Below, one piece after another: positions 21,671 through 34,940 of a DNA stretch of 64,000 nucleotides (position 1 is its first letter; every line of letters begins with the position of its first letter). Position numbers and translations under genes: made by a program. The DNA is from an uncultured Gemmatimonadales bacterium (GTDB lineage Bacteria; Gemmatimonadota; Gemmatimonadetes; Gemmatimonadales; GWC2-71-9), in the NCBI GenBank assembly GCA_963792265.1, contig CAWBVP010000030.1:4612-68611 (forward strand), written 5' to 3'. Under the pieces are notes generated by a model. It had not been told where the DNA came from, made no database searches, and saw nothing but the letters and a program-made list of their open reading frames with translations.

Positions 21671-22654
21671 CCATGAAGATCACCGTCCTGACCTATCTCG
21701 ACAGCGAAGACGAAAACTCCAAGGACTACGAGGCGGTGGTCCCCCAGGTGGCCCGCGCGCTCCGGACTCTCAGTCACCGGGTGTCCGTCCTCGGGGTCCA
21801 CGGCGATGTCAAGCGGCTCGATCGCCGGGCTGTCGCGGCGGAAGCCGGACCTGGTGTTCAATCTCATGGAGATGTTCAGCGAGAACGTCTTCGGCGACAT
21901 TCCCGTCACCGGCCTGCTCGATCTCCTCGGCCTCAAATACACCGGGAGCGGCCCCGGCGAGCTCTATCTCAGCCAGGACAAGGGTCTCACCAAGAAGCTG
22001 CTGGCGTTCGAGGAGATCCTCTATCCCCGCTTCGCGGTCTTCTCCCGGCAGCAGGCGTTCGAGACCGGCGGCAATCTGCGGATGCCGCTCTTCGTGAAGC
22101 CACTCCGCTCCGACTCCTCCCTCGGCATCGGCGGCAAGTCGCTGGTGCACGATGCCGTGGCCCTGATGGAGCGGGTGAATTACATCCGGAAGGAGCTGAA
22201 CGACTCCGCACTGGCTGAGGAGTTCATCGATGGGCGGGAGTTCTACGTCGGGGTACTGGGGAACGGGCAACCCAAGGCGCTACCGCCGATCGAGGTGGAC
22301 TTCACCGGCTTTCCCGAGGGCGTGCCCAAGGTGCTGGACAGCAAGGCCAAATGGGACGAGCGCAGCAAGGAGTACAAGGGTACCAAGTCAGTGCTGGCCA
22401 ATTTGCCGGATGAGCTGCGGGCCAGATTGCAGAAGGTAGCGGTCGACGCCTACCGGGCGCTCCGGGTCCGGGATTATGGCCGAGTGGATCTCCGGCTCAC
22501 CGAAACGGGCGACATCTACGTGCTGGAAGTGAACGCGAGCTGCTATCTCGAGAAGTCCAGCGAGTTCGCCATGTCGGCGGCAGCGGCGGGGTTCGAGTAT
22601 CCCAAGCTGATCGAGCGGATCGTGCAGCTGGCGCTGGAGCGCTACGGCAAGTAG
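21667..22654 (+). CDS. D-Ala-D-Ala ligase-like ATP-grasp enzyme; frameshifted
   Basis: PDLVFNL, YTGSGP, FVKP..SDSSLGI, EEFIDGREF, DYGRVDLR, LEVNA. Confidence 0.85.
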
Positions 22655-23670
22655 CTCCCCCGCTGCACGTGGTTCATCGCCAGGCCGGTCACCAGGGTGG
22701 TGAGGGCCATGATGGCGGAGTCCTCCCGGTTGGCCGGATAGCCCTGTTCCAGCTGGGCGGCCCGTTCGGCCAGATAGCGGAGCAGCACGCGGGTGCGCTC
22801 GGGGAAATGGCCGGTCCAGCGAAACACGTTGGCCATCAGCTCGGGCTCGAGCCGGCGAATCAGCGCCTCAGCCGGACGGAGCGGGTCATCGAGCGACAGC
22901 CCGTCGCTGGGGCCGAGATCCTCGAAGATGGCCCGCAGCGCCCCATCTAGTCCAGGCGGCAGCTCCAGTGAGGCCGGGGCTCGGCCGTAGTATTGATCCA
23001 GCGAGTATTCGATGTCGCCAACATCTTCGTCCAGCTCGCTGTTGGTGACTTCGGGAGGCCGGTCCCGCAGCCCGGCCATGGTGCGGCTGCAATAGGCGAG
23101 TTTCGCATAGGCAACCGGCCAGCCCCCGTACTCGGTGCGCCAGTCGAGCCCCGGACTCATCCACACCGCAAAGGTCTCCGCCCAATCCTCGTCGGGATGC
23201 TTCTGGGCATACCAGCCCGGGAGGTGCCGGACGTAGCGCCGGCTGAAGGGCTCGGGCCGGTACTCTTCGAAGTAGGGTTGGGTGATGGAGCCGAACTGCT
23301 TGACCCACTCTTCCTGGTCGTAGAGCCGATAGGCGTAGTTGATGACGTGGCCCATCTCGTGACGCAGGTAGCGCAGGATATCGGCCCGGTCGAATCCCTC
23401 CACGTGTCCTACCCGCTCGGCGTGGAGCGCGGTGAGGTCGGGCCGGGCCAGATAGAAGGGGATCGCCATCGCGATGGTCTCGAAGGGGACACCCCACTCG
23501 GTGGAGAGGTAGAAGCGGGGCCGGACCCGGGTGATCCCCGCCTGGCGGAGCTCGTTCTCGAACTCCGCGAGGATCGGCTCCAGGCGGGTCCCTTCGATGG
23601 TGAGTCCGAGATCGCGGATCGGCGTGGACCAGAGATTCGACTCATGAAACCGCAACGGCTCGGACGACAT
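22642..23670 (-). CDS. Putative zinc metallopeptidase (HExxH)
   Basis: LRHEMGHVINYAY and YAQKHPDEDWAETFAVW. Confidence 0.8.
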   Translation of the reverse strand: MSSEPLRFHESNLWSTPIRDLGLTIEGTRLEPILAEFENELRQAGITRVRPRFYLSTEWGVPFETIAMAIPFYLARPDLTALHAERVGHVEGFDRADILRYLRHEMGHVINYAYRLYDQEEWVKQFGSITQPYFEEYRPEPFSRRYVRHLPGWYAQKHPDEDWAETFAVWMSPGLDWRTEYGGWPVAYAKLAYCSRTMAGLRDRPPEVTNSELDEDVGDIEYSLDQYYGRAPASLELPPGLDGALRAIFEDLGPSDGLSLDDPLRPAEALIRRLEPELMANVFRWTGHFPERTRVLLRYLAERAAQLEQGYPANREDSAIMALTTLVTGLAMNHVQRGSYLP

Positions 23671-24888
23671 GGCAACAAACATACATGTAGGTGAAAGGGG
23701 CGCTATTCGGCCTTCCGGGGTGCCGCCGGCGGTCAAAGGGCTGTCGCTGGTCTCCCTGTTCAACGACTTCGCCAGCGAGATGGTGTACCCCTTGCTGCCG
23801 GCCTTCGTCACCCGGACCCTGGGCGGCGGCGCGCTGATCCTGGGAATTCTGGACGGCGCCTCCGAGCTCACATCCTCGGTGCTGAAATGGATCAGCGGGC
23901 GCCTGGCCGACCGGCCCGGATGGCGCCGGCCGCTCATCCTGGGCGGGTACGCGACGGCGATCCTGGTCCGGCCGCTCATCGCCTTTACCAACAAGGCCTG
24001 GCAGGTCGTGGGGTTCCGGGTCATCGACCGGGTGGGGAAGGGGCTCCGGACCGCGCCGCGCGATGCCATGATCTCGGATATCACGCCGGCGGAGCTGAAG
24101 GGCCGGGCCTTCGGGTTTCATCGTGGCGCCGACCACTTTGGCGCCGTGCTCGGCTCGCTGGCCGCCTGGTGGCTGCTGCGACAGGGGGCCGACGTGCGGC
24201 AGGTGATCGAGTGGAGCGTGGTGCCGGGGGTGGTGGCGTTCGTGGTGCTGGCGGTGGTGCTGAAGGGCGGGCGGACGGCCGGACAGGCGGACAGACGGTC
24301 TGAGACTTCCTCTTCTCGTCGACCGCGACCCGCGCCCGCCCGTCCGCCTTCTGGCCCTCGGTGCTCGCCCTCACCGCCCTCACCTTCTTCCGGCTTCCCG
24401 AGACCCTCCTCATTCTCCGGCTGCAGGACCTCGGCGTTGCGGTGGCGGCGATTCCACTGGTTTGGGCCGGCCTCCATGTGGTGCGGAGCGCCAGCTCCTA
24501 CCCCGGTGGGTGGCTGGCCGACCGGCTGGGACCCCGCCGCATGGTTGCAGCGGGAGGACTGCTGTTCGCGGGGGTGGCACTCGCCCTCGGTGGCGCGATC
24601 GGCTCTGCCACAGCAACGACACTCTTCCTGACCTTCGGTCTGGTGGCGGGCCTCACCGAGTCGGGGGAGCGATCGATCGTGAGCCGGCTGGCACCGGTAC
24701 GCACCGGGCGCGGGTTTGGCATTTACCACGCGCTTACCGGTGGGACGGCGCTCCCGGCCGGGCTGATCTTCGGAGCGCTCTATCAATCGGTCAGCGGCCG
24801 CACGGCGCTTTGGACTTCGGCCGGCGGGATGCTGGCTGCGGTCCTGGTCTGGCTGGCGATACCCGCGTCACCCGAGGGAGACCGCTGA
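23669..24888 (+). CDS. MFS transporter; frameshifted
   Basis: SLFNDFASEMVYPLLP, DRVGKGLRTAPRDA, GWLADRLG. Confidence 0.88.
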
Positions 24889-24890
24889 CT

Positions 24891-25793
24891 ATGAAGGTTT
24901 TCTGGCTGGTAGCTGTGGCGAGCGCGGTTGCTTCAACCGGCGCGGTGGCGCAGGTGCAGGTGCGGGTGGGAGATCCGCGACGGGCAACCTATTCCGAGCT
25001 GCACGAGGCACTGCGGGAAGGAACTCCGGCAGCGGATTCGATGCTGGCTCTGCAGCGCTCCAAGTCTCCCGCGCGGCTCTGGCGCCGGATGTGGGCGGCG
25101 GTGCGAGGAACCGGAGACTGGAACTCGGGGCTCGTGGCGCTCACCCGGCTGGCTGAGCTGAGGAGCGCGGCCTATGCCGACAGCGCCGCGAGGATGCAAC
25201 GCCGATTGAGCCAGGCAGACCCTGACTCACCGCCTTTTCCGGGTAATCCGGGACTCAAGGCGGAAGATCTGGAGCCTTCGCTTCAGGCGATCATCTTGGA
25301 GCGGCGCCGAGCGGTGCAGGGTGATTCAGCGGTGCTGGCCGATATCCTGGCCCGGATACCGACCAAGAAGTACGACCATGGCGACGCCTGGGTGCTCGGC
25401 CGGCTCGGCGCCGGGGCCGCTGATTCAATCTGGGCGCGGTTTCGTTCGGCGGACTCGGAAGAGTTCCGGGTTCGCTACCTGACCCTGCTCTCCTACTTCA
25501 CCGACCCCAAGCTCATCCCGTTGCTGACCCGGGTGTACGTCGCCCCCGACAGCTTCGGGATCCCCAAGCGCTATGCCATCCGCGCCTCAGACGGACTGCT
25601 CTGGATCGGGACCCGGGCCAGCCTTCAGGCACTGCTCGATGCCCGAGCGGAGGCCGCGAAGCGAGGCGCCTATGCCGACTCCAGCCTCGCTCGCGGCGGT
25701 TATGATTTTCTGGCCAACGACAGCTCCGCGGTGATCTCGCGGACCGGCAAATGGCTTACGAAGTGGGTCGCGGAGCTGCCTGCTTCGCCTTAG
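24891..25793 (+). CDS. Hypothetical secreted helical protein
   Basis: Signal peptide MKVFWLVAVASAVAS; intact ORF. Confidence 0.7.
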   Translation: MKVFWLVAVASAVASTGAVAQVQVRVGDPRRATYSELHEALREGTPAADSMLALQRSKSPARLWRRMWAAVRGTGDWNSGLVALTRLAELRSAAYADSAARMQRRLSQADPDSPPFPGNPGLKAEDLEPSLQAIILERRRAVQGDSAVLADILARIPTKKYDHGDAWVLGRLGAGAADSIWARFRSADSEEFRVRYLTLLSYFTDPKLIPLLTRVYVAPDSFGIPKRYAIRASDGLLWIGTRASLQALLDARAEAAKRGAYADSSLARGGYDFLANDSSAVISRTGKWLTKWVAELPASP

Positions 25794-27300
25794 CCCTGAC
25801 GAAGGCGTAATTCAGGGTCGGCAGGTTGTAGGATTGGGCCGCCTGCTTGAACATCTCCCCGGCCTTTTCCTGATCGCCCTTGCCCTGGTAAGCCAACCCG
25901 GTCACGTACAACACGTACGGATCCTGCTGGTTGGCCTGGCCCAGGTGATCGATTGCCTCGTCGTACTGCTTCTCCTTTAGAGCGATCCTTCCGGCCAGCG
26001 CATGAGCCTGGCGAATCCGGGCGGGGTTTTCCTTCTCCTTGGCGCCCATTCAGGTAGGTCTCTGCTTCCGACTTGGCCGTTTGCACGATCGTTCTTGGCC
26101 AGTGCCACCCGCCCCAGGTCGTAATGGTTGCCCAGCTTTGCGTCCTCCTTCACTTCATTGGAGAGCCCGGACTTCTCCTGTATGGCGAGGGCCTTATCGT
26201 AGCGCTTCTTGGCCTCATCCGGCCTGCCGGCATTCAGCAGGATGTCTCCCATCGACACCAGATCGCCGGCCATGGCGGCGGTGTCTCCAATCTTGGCGCC
26301 CAGATCGTACTGGCGCTGCATCTCCTTCAATGCGCCGGGTCGGTCTTGCCCTGATCCACCAGCACCACCGTGGTGGTGAACATGGCGAAGCGGCGGTCGC
26401 CGTCGTTGCGGCCGGCGCGCTCCATCTTCTGGGCCTCCGCAATCGCCTGATCGTGCTTGCCCTGGAAGATCAGATCGCTGGCGATGCCGAAGTGGGAGCT
26501 GACGAAGTGGGGATCGATCGAGAGAGCCTTGCGATACTGGGCGATCGACTCGTCGAACCGCCCGGTCTTCATCAGCAGCTCGGCGTAGGAATCGTAGGGA
26601 TTGGGGTCATTGGGGACCAGCTCGATGTACTTCTTGAAGGCCGCTTCCGACTCCGGGTAGTTGCCGAGGAAACGCTCGGAATATCCCAGCATGTTGTAGG
26701 CGGGGCTGAAATTGGGGTCGAGCTCGATTGCCTTCTGCAGCTCGCCGCCGCGCCTTCTCGTAGTCCTGCTGGCCGAAGAAGTAGGAGTTGGCCAGGGTCG
26801 CGTGTACCCGAGGATCGTCCGGGTACTTGCTGGCAGCCTGCTTGTTGTAGTCGAGCGCTTTGGCCGGCTGGGCATCGGCGCCGGCCTGGAGCGCGAGGAT
26901 CAGCAGCCGCTCTCCCTCGGTGGCCTTGGTGGAGAGGGCTGACGCCTGATCCAGATGCGCGCGAAACTCTTTCGTCGGTCGGCGAGGTGAGCGCGAGCTG
27001 GTAGTGCCCCATGGCAAAGTCGGGATCCTGGGCCACAGCTTTCTCGAACACCTGGCGGGCGTCGTGCGGCTTGAGCTGATCGGCGTAGGCCAGGCCCTGG
27101 TCATAGAGTTTTCTGGCTTCTTCGGACTTGGTGCTCACCGGCACCTTGCCGCGCACGCTTCCGGCGGTGCCGGCGCTGTCCGTCGCACTGATCGCCCCGC
27201 TCTCGGGAGTGGCGTCAGACTTGGTCCGATTACAGCCCGCGAGGATCGAGACCACCCCACAGGCAGTAAGCCAGACGTTACGGGTGAAAGCTCTCTTCAT
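25756..27300 (-). CDS. TPR-repeat lipoprotein; frameshifted
   Basis: Lipobox LAGC; KAIELDPNFSPAYNMLGY and NPYDSYAELL repeats. Confidence 0.85.
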
Positions 27301-27450
27301 TAGGGCCTCCGTCGGGTGAGAGATATGCCAACACCCCGCGACGCCTACGCGCCACGGGCGAGTGTTTCGGAAGCCTGGGAAGGGATTGCCAGTTGCTAGG
27401 GTACGGCGGGATCAGCAGAGAGTCAAGCGAAGTCTCAAGCTGCACCGACG

Positions 27451-27636
27451 TCAGCAACAGCGAGTGGGACCGTCTCCATAGCGGGTGCGCACGAAATCCT
27501 GGAAGAACTGCGTTCGGTGGGGACCGGGAGCTCCGGATGACAGCGGCGGAGATGTCCACGATGCGCGGCGTAGTCCGGCATCCCGGCGATTCTTCGAAGC
27601 GCGGCGAGATGCGCAATTTGCGTCCTGTCCGTCAGC

Positions 27637-27647
<11 letters not shown>
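27451..27647 (-). CDS. YbdD/YjiX (DUF466) family protein; frameshifted
   Basis: GMPDY..H.RRCHP then [18 protein letters not shown]; directly downstream of cstA. Confidence 0.8.
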
Positions 27648-29677
<2,030 letters not shown>

Positions 29678-29756
29678 TGAGAAAACGTATAGAGGAGCGG
29701 GAAGGCCGGGAAAGACGCCTTGCCCCTCCCCAAATCCGCTCGTACCTTCGAACTCC

Positions 29757-30623
29757 ATGCCATTGCCATCCTTCGGCTTCGGCCAACGGCCCTCGTGGGA
29801 ACATGAGGCGCCGGAGGGAAGCGGAGCCGTGCTCGAAGCGCCCCGGCCGCAGCCGATCAGCAAGGGCTGGCGCGGCAAGGTGGCCATTGTGACCGGGGGA
29901 GCCACCGGCCTCGGCCGCCATATCTCGATGGAGTTTGGCCGGCTGGGCTGCCACGTCGCATTCTGCTTCGTCAACATGCCGGGGCGGGATGTCAGCGAGC
30001 AGGCGCTCCTGACGGAGACCGCCCTCACCGCCATGGGAGTCCGGGTCCATGCCCGGCGCTGCGACGTCCGGGACCGGGAGGATGTGGAGCAGTTCGTCGG
30101 CGAGACCAAGCAGAAGCTGGGCGGGGTCCACTTCCTGATCAACAACGCCGGCATCGCCAGCGACGGGGCACTCTGGCGGCTGTCGAGCGTGGCCTGGGAC
30201 GAGGTCCTCGACACCAACGTCACCGGCTCCTTCAACTGCATCCGGGCCGTGGCACCGGTCTTCCGGGCGCAGCACTACGGCAAGATCGTGAGCGTCAGCG
30301 CCCATCAGGCCGAACGGCCCGGCTTCGGGGTCGCCAACTACGCCGCGAGCAAGGCCGCGCTTCTCGGTCTCACCCGCGCGGCGGCCGTGGAGCTCGGCCC
30401 CGCCAACGTCAACGTGAACGCCGTGGCACCCGGCTTCATCCGCACCGAGCGGATGGCCATGCTCCCCTCCGAGGTCATCGAACGGGCCCAGAAGAGCTCG
30501 GTCCTCGGTCGGGTGGCCGAGCCGGACGACGTGGCCCACGTCATCTCGTTCCTCTGCTCGGAGTCGGCCCGCCACATCACCGGGCAGACGATCGTCGTGG
30601 ATGGCGGCCTGTCGCTGGAATGA
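29757..30623 (+). CDS. SDR family oxidoreductase (FabG-like)
   Basis: TGGATGLG, NNAGI, YAASK, NAVAPG. Confidence 0.9.
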   Translation: MPLPSFGFGQRPSWEHEAPEGSGAVLEAPRPQPISKGWRGKVAIVTGGATGLGRHISMEFGRLGCHVAFCFVNMPGRDVSEQALLTETALTAMGVRVHARRCDVRDREDVEQFVGETKQKLGGVHFLINNAGIASDGALWRLSSVAWDEVLDTNVTGSFNCIRAVAPVFRAQHYGKIVSVSAHQAERPGFGVANYAASKAALLGLTRAAAVELGPANVNVNAVAPGFIRTERMAMLPSEVIERAQKSSVLGRVAEPDDVAHVISFLCSESARHITGQTIVVDGGLSLE

Positions 30624-30672
30624 GTTGAGCGCTCCAGTTTACGGCCCGCCATTCACCGTTTACGCTTCTCCC

Positions 30673-31347
30673 ATGATTGCCAACCCAAAACGACTCCGCA
30701 TGATCACCAGCCGCGCGCTCGTTGTCATGCTTGCGGTTCCGGGGTGTGCCAAGGCCCAGCACGAGGCCGCTCCCAGCGAGACCGCTCCCACGCCCTTGCC
30801 GCCAGTGCCAATGCTGTCCACCCAGGCGCTGGCGGGGAAATCGGTCGCCGTCCTGCCGATCACGCTCGTCGTAGCCGATTCATCGGTTCAATCCGACACC
30901 GGCTACGCTCGCTACCGGGATCGCCGCGCGGCGCTGCAACGGACCGACTCGCTGATCGCCGAGGCCCTTCTGGGCCGCGGGCCCGAGGTGCACTGGATAC
31001 TTCCGCCCGAGCTCCGCAAAATGGCCCGGCGCTCGGCCGGCTTCGTTCCCGAGCCGGATGAGATGGGTCAGGCGGTCCTGCGCTCGCCCAAGATGACTGC
31101 AATCCCCGACCCGCTGCGGTCCTCGCTTCGAAGTCTCCTCGCCATCGCGGATGGGCGGCTCGCTCTGGTGCCGGCGGCGCTCGGCTTCGGCCCGGAGCCG
31201 GACGGCCGGATTCGAGCCGATCTCTCGATCGTGCTGGGTGACGTGCGTACCGGGAAGATCTTATGGCGCTCGCTTGCGCTGGGGCGGGGGAAGTCGCCGG
31301 ATGAGGCGCTGAACGCAGCGCTCGCCGCCGTGCTTCCGGCCCAATGA
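30673..31347 (+). CDS. Hypothetical lipoprotein
   Basis: Signal with VPGC; translationally coupled to the next gene. Confidence 0.65.
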   Translation: MIANPKRLRMITSRALVVMLAVPGCAKAQHEAAPSETAPTPLPPVPMLSTQALAGKSVAVLPITLVVADSSVQSDTGYARYRDRRAALQRTDSLIAEALLGRGPEVHWILPPELRKMARRSAGFVPEPDEMGQAVLRSPKMTAIPDPLRSSLRSLLAIADGRLALVPAALGFGPEPDGRIRADLSIVLGDVRTGKILWRSLALGRGKSPDEALNAALAAVLPAQ

Positions 31348-32360
31348 CCTACGATGTGACGCTGATACCAGGGGACGGCATCGGTCCCGAGATCACCGCG
31401 CAGACCGTGAAGGTACTGGAGGCCACCGGACTGCGTTTCAACTGGGACGAGGAGCTGGCCGGCGTGGCTGCGGTCGAGGCCACCGGCACGCCGTTGCCCG
31501 ACGCCACCGTCGAAAGCATTCGGAAGAACGCTCTCGCCTTGAAAGGACCCCTCACCACTCCGGTCGGCACCGGGTTCCGCTCGGTCAACGTCGGGCTCCG
31601 AAAGGAATTCGAGCTCTTTGCCAACATCCGGCCGGCCCGCACCATCATGCCGGGCGGACGGTTCGAGAACGTGGACATCGTGCTGGTGCGGGAGAATCTG
31701 GAGGGACTCTACATCGGCGTGGAGCACTTCGTCGCCGTCGGCGACGATCCCCGCGCGGTCGCCGAGTCGATGGCCATCGTCACCCGTCGAGGCTGCGAGC
31801 GGATCATCCGCTACGCCTTCGAGTACGCGCTGAAGCATCAGCGGCGCAAGGTCACCATCGTCCACAAGGCCAACATCCTGAAGATGGTAAGCGGGCTTTT
31901 CCTGGAGGTCGGCCGCAATATCGCCAAGGAGTACGAGGGCCGGGTCGAATCCAACGACATGATCGTGGACAACACCGCCATGCAGCTGGTGATGCGGCCG
32001 GAGCAGTTCGACGTCATGGTGACCACCAACATGTTCGGCGACATCCTGAGCGACGAGGTCTCCGGCCTGGTCGGCGGCCTGGGCCTCGCGCCCGGCGCCA
32101 ACATCGGGACCAAGGCGGCCATCTTCGAGGCGGTGCACGGGAGCGCGCCCGACATCGCCGGCAAGGGGATCGCCAACCCGTCGGCCCAGATGTTCGCCGC
32201 GGCCATGATGCTCGATCACATCGGCGAGCTCGAGCGGGCCAACCGGATCCGGGACGCCATCGTTGCCACCATCGTGCGCGACGGCATCCGGACCCGCGAC
32301 CTGGGTGGGACCGCCAGTACCGAGGAGTTCGGCCGTGCCGTCGCTAAGCGGGCTGCCTGA
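31344..32360 (+). CDS. Isocitrate/isopropylmalate dehydrogenase family, NAD-IDH-like
   Basis: [42 protein letters not shown]. Confidence 0.92.
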   Translation: MTYDVTLIPGDGIGPEITAQTVKVLEATGLRFNWDEELAGVAAVEATGTPLPDATVESIRKNALALKGPLTTPVGTGFRSVNVGLRKEFELFANIRPARTIMPGGRFENVDIVLVRENLEGLYIGVEHFVAVGDDPRAVAESMAIVTRRGCERIIRYAFEYALKHQRRKVTIVHKANILKMVSGLFLEVGRNIAKEYEGRVESNDMIVDNTAMQLVMRPEQFDVMVTTNMFGDILSDEVSGLVGGLGLAPGANIGTKAAIFEAVHGSAPDIAGKGIANPSAQMFAAAMMLDHIGELERANRIRDAIVATIVRDGIRTRDLGGTASTEEFGRAVAKRAA

Positions 32361-32628
32361 GGTCCCCTGCGCCAGGTGCGAGCGCCGGGTCCGGGGATTG
32401 CGCTGGGGTGACCTGTGCCCCGACTGCCTGGCCGAACGGGAGGGTCGTGCAAGAAAGCTGGCGCGCCGCATCTCCCTCGCCGCGACGGTACTGATGGCAG
32501 CGTACGTCGCCGTCCGCGTGCCGGCCGCTCCGATGGCCCGGCTGTACGGGGCCATCGCGGTGCTGGCCACCTACATCATCGTTCGGCGGATCGTCACCCG
32601 AGTGGCCATGGAGTATCTACCGAAATGA
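32263..32628 (+). CDS. Small membrane protein with zinc-ribbon-like motif (true start likely ~32350)
   Basis: CARC...CPDC followed by two TM helices. Confidence 0.6.
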   Translation: MPPSCATASGPATWVGPPVPRSSAVPSLSGLPEVPCARCERRVRGLRWGDLCPDCLAEREGRARKLARRISLAATVLMAAYVAVRVPAAPMARLYGAIAVLATYIIVRRIVTRVAMEYLPK

Positions 32629-32667
32629 AGGCAAGAGAAGCGGGGCGGCGGGGCAGCGGGGCAGCGG

Positions 32668-34077
32668 TTGCGCAGCAGGGTCTTGTGCAGTGGTCAGCGG
32701 TTCCGCCTTGGAAGCATGTTCGTACTGAGCTGGCGACTTCTTGTGCCGCGATGCGCTGCCCCGCCCCTTCAGGCCCAGACCTCTCTCACCATCTACAACG
32801 ATGGCCGCGTGCTGGTGCGGCGGTCGGTCTCCGCCAACGTACCGAAGGGATCATCCACTCAGCGGCTTGCGCTCGGCGCGCTGGACCCGGGGACGCTGTT
32901 CTCGCTCGACTCGTCGGTCACTCTGGAACGGGTGGCGTACGATGGGGCAGTAGATGAGGCGAGCGTGCTGCGGCGGTCGGTGGGCAAGCGGCTGGTCTTC
33001 CGGATCTCCGACCCGCACGACACGGTCAGCGCGCTGGTGCTCGGCGTGGATCCGCTGCGGCTGCAATTGCCCGACGGGCGGATCAGCTTCAGCCCGCCCG
33101 GGCTCGCGTTGTATCCCAGCGACGTCGTCGTGGTGGAACCGACCGCTATTCTCTCAGTCCGGAGCGCGCGGGGGCAGCAGCAGATGCGGCTGGGATATTT
33201 CACGACCGGCGCCAGCTGGCAGGCAAGTTATCAGGTGGTGTTGGGACGGGAGGACGCCCGGGTGACTGGGATGGCGGTCCTTCCCTCCGAGTCGCTCCGG
33301 GCTGAGGATGCCGAGATCCAGCTGTTGGCCGGCTCGGTGAGTCGAGCGGCGCCCCCGGAGGCTCGTCCGATGATGATGGACCGTATGGAGGCGGCGGCCA
33401 AGACGGTATCGGGCTTCGCCACCGAGCAGAAGGTGGGCGAGTTTCATCTGTACTCGCTTCCCGGCAAGAGCACGCTGCTCCCCGGTTTGACCACGTCGGT
33501 CGCGTTATTCCAGCCGGCCCAGGCCAAGTATGAGAAGAACTACGTGGTGCACGGTGAGCTGCCCTTCTGGGGCTTCCTGCCGCAGCGGGGCGAGGAGACC
33601 GAGCCGCCGGTCCAAGTGATCTACACCCTCAAGCGCCCCAGGAAGACCGACTTCGGCGACCGGCCGCTGCCCGGAGGCATCGCTCGCATGTATCAGCCCG
33701 ACAGCGCGGGAGGCCTGCAGCTGGTGGGCGAGGCCACGCTGAATCACACTCCCGCGGGCAACGATCTCAAGCTCGATGCCGGCACCGCATTCGATATCAC
33801 GGCGAAGCGGATCCAGACCAGCTACAGCACCCGGCGGGACAGCACCAAGACTCGCGGAGTGCACACTGTCGCCACGGCGGACTACAAGGTGACCTTGAAG
33901 AACGCGACCGACAGCGCCGTGACCGTAGACGTGCAGGAGGAGCGGGCGGGGGAGTGGGAAGTGGTCGCCAGCTCGGTGCCGGCGGAGAAGGTCTCATCCA
34001 CCATGACGCGCTTCCGGGTCAGGGTGCCGGTCCGGGGCGAGGCGGTGCTGACGTACCGAGTCAGGGTCATCTGGTGA
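32668..34077 (+). CDS. DUF4139 domain protein
   Basis: LTIYNDG, SWQASY, GEFHLYSLP, PLPGG, LTYRVRV. Confidence 0.8.
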   Translation: MRSRVLCSGQRFRLGSMFVLSWRLLVPRCAAPPLQAQTSLTIYNDGRVLVRRSVSANVPKGSSTQRLALGALDPGTLFSLDSSVTLERVAYDGAVDEASVLRRSVGKRLVFRISDPHDTVSALVLGVDPLRLQLPDGRISFSPPGLALYPSDVVVVEPTAILSVRSARGQQQMRLGYFTTGASWQASYQVVLGREDARVTGMAVLPSESLRAEDAEIQLLAGSVSRAAPPEARPMMMDRMEAAAKTVSGFATEQKVGEFHLYSLPGKSTLLPGLTTSVALFQPAQAKYEKNYVVHGELPFWGFLPQRGEETEPPVQVIYTLKRPRKTDFGDRPLPGGIARMYQPDSAGGLQLVGEATLNHTPAGNDLKLDAGTAFDITAKRIQTSYSTRRDSTKTRGVHTVATADYKVTLKNATDSAVTVDVQEERAGEWEVVASSVPAEKVSSTMTRFRVRVPVRGEAVLTYRVRVIW

Positions 34078-34940
34078 GCGGTTCGTCCATCACCATCGTT
34101 CACCTCTCCGATCTCCATTTCGGCGGCTACGCCGACCTCCGCCAGATCGAGGCGCTGGAGGAGTTCCTTCCCACGCTCAACCCAACCGCGATCGCTGTCT
34201 CAGGAGACCTGAGCCAGCGGGCGCGGCACGGCGAATTCCAGGCGGCCCACGTTTTCTTTCACCGGATGAAAATGAAGACCCCGATGATCGTGGTGCCGGG
34301 CAACCACGACATCGAGTGGTGGAAGAGCCCGCTCGGCCTGTTGGGGGAGAAGCAGAAATACGCCAAGTATCTCAAGTATTACAGCGAGCTCCGGCCGGTG
34401 CTGGAGGTTCCGGGTGCGATCATGGCAGGCGCGCTCAGCAGCTACGGCGTGGCCTTCGGTTCCCTGACCTGGAACCTGCGGGACCTCGCGGTGAAGGGAC
34501 ATCTGCCGAGGTCGGAGACCCGGCGGGTGCAGAAAATCTTCGCCGCCGCGTCGGGGGTCGCCAAGGTGCTGGTAGTCCATCACAACGTGCTGGCCGGGGG
34601 CACCGGCCGCATGGGCCTCGCGCGGTGGCGCTCGGCCCACAAGCGCCTGCTCGCCACCGGTGCGGATGTGATTCTCTGTGGCCACGACCATCACGAGGGC
34701 GCGGGCCAGATCGAAGGCGGAGTCGCGGTCAGCACCTCCGGAACCCACAGCTACCGCCAGCGGGGCGGCCGTCCGTCGGTGTTCAACCTGGTCAACGTCG
34801 ACGAGGTGTCGGTGCACATTCAGCACTTTCGCTGGGTCTCCGAGAGCCGGCAGTTCATCCCCTCCGACAAGTTCTCCTTCGGACGAAAGGGGGCGCCCAA
34901 GGCGGCGGTGTCGGTGGCGGGCGGGGATCAGGGGCTGTGA
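34074..34940 (+). CDS. Metallophosphoesterase
   Basis: HLSDLH, SGDL, PGNHD, VHH, CGHDH. Confidence 0.9.
   Translation: MSGSSITIVHLSDLHFGGYADLRQIEALEEFLPTLNPTAIAVSGDLSQRARHGEFQAAHVFFHRMKMKTPMIVVPGNHDIEWWKSPLGLLGEKQKYAKYLKYYSELRPVLEVPGAIMAGALSSYGVAFGSLTWNLRDLAVKGHLPRSETRRVQKIFAAASGVAKVLVVHHNVLAGGTGRMGLARWRSAHKRLLATGADVILCGHDHHEGAGQIEGGVAVSTSGTHSYRQRGGRPSVFNLVNVDEVSVHIQHFRWVSESRQFIPSDKFSFGRKGAPKAAVSVAGGDQGL

Noticed and set aside
27451-27462. Selenocysteine in the YbdD-like protein
   Set aside because: It ends TGT-TGC-TGA (RCC*), the normal Cys form; the TGA is the expected stop
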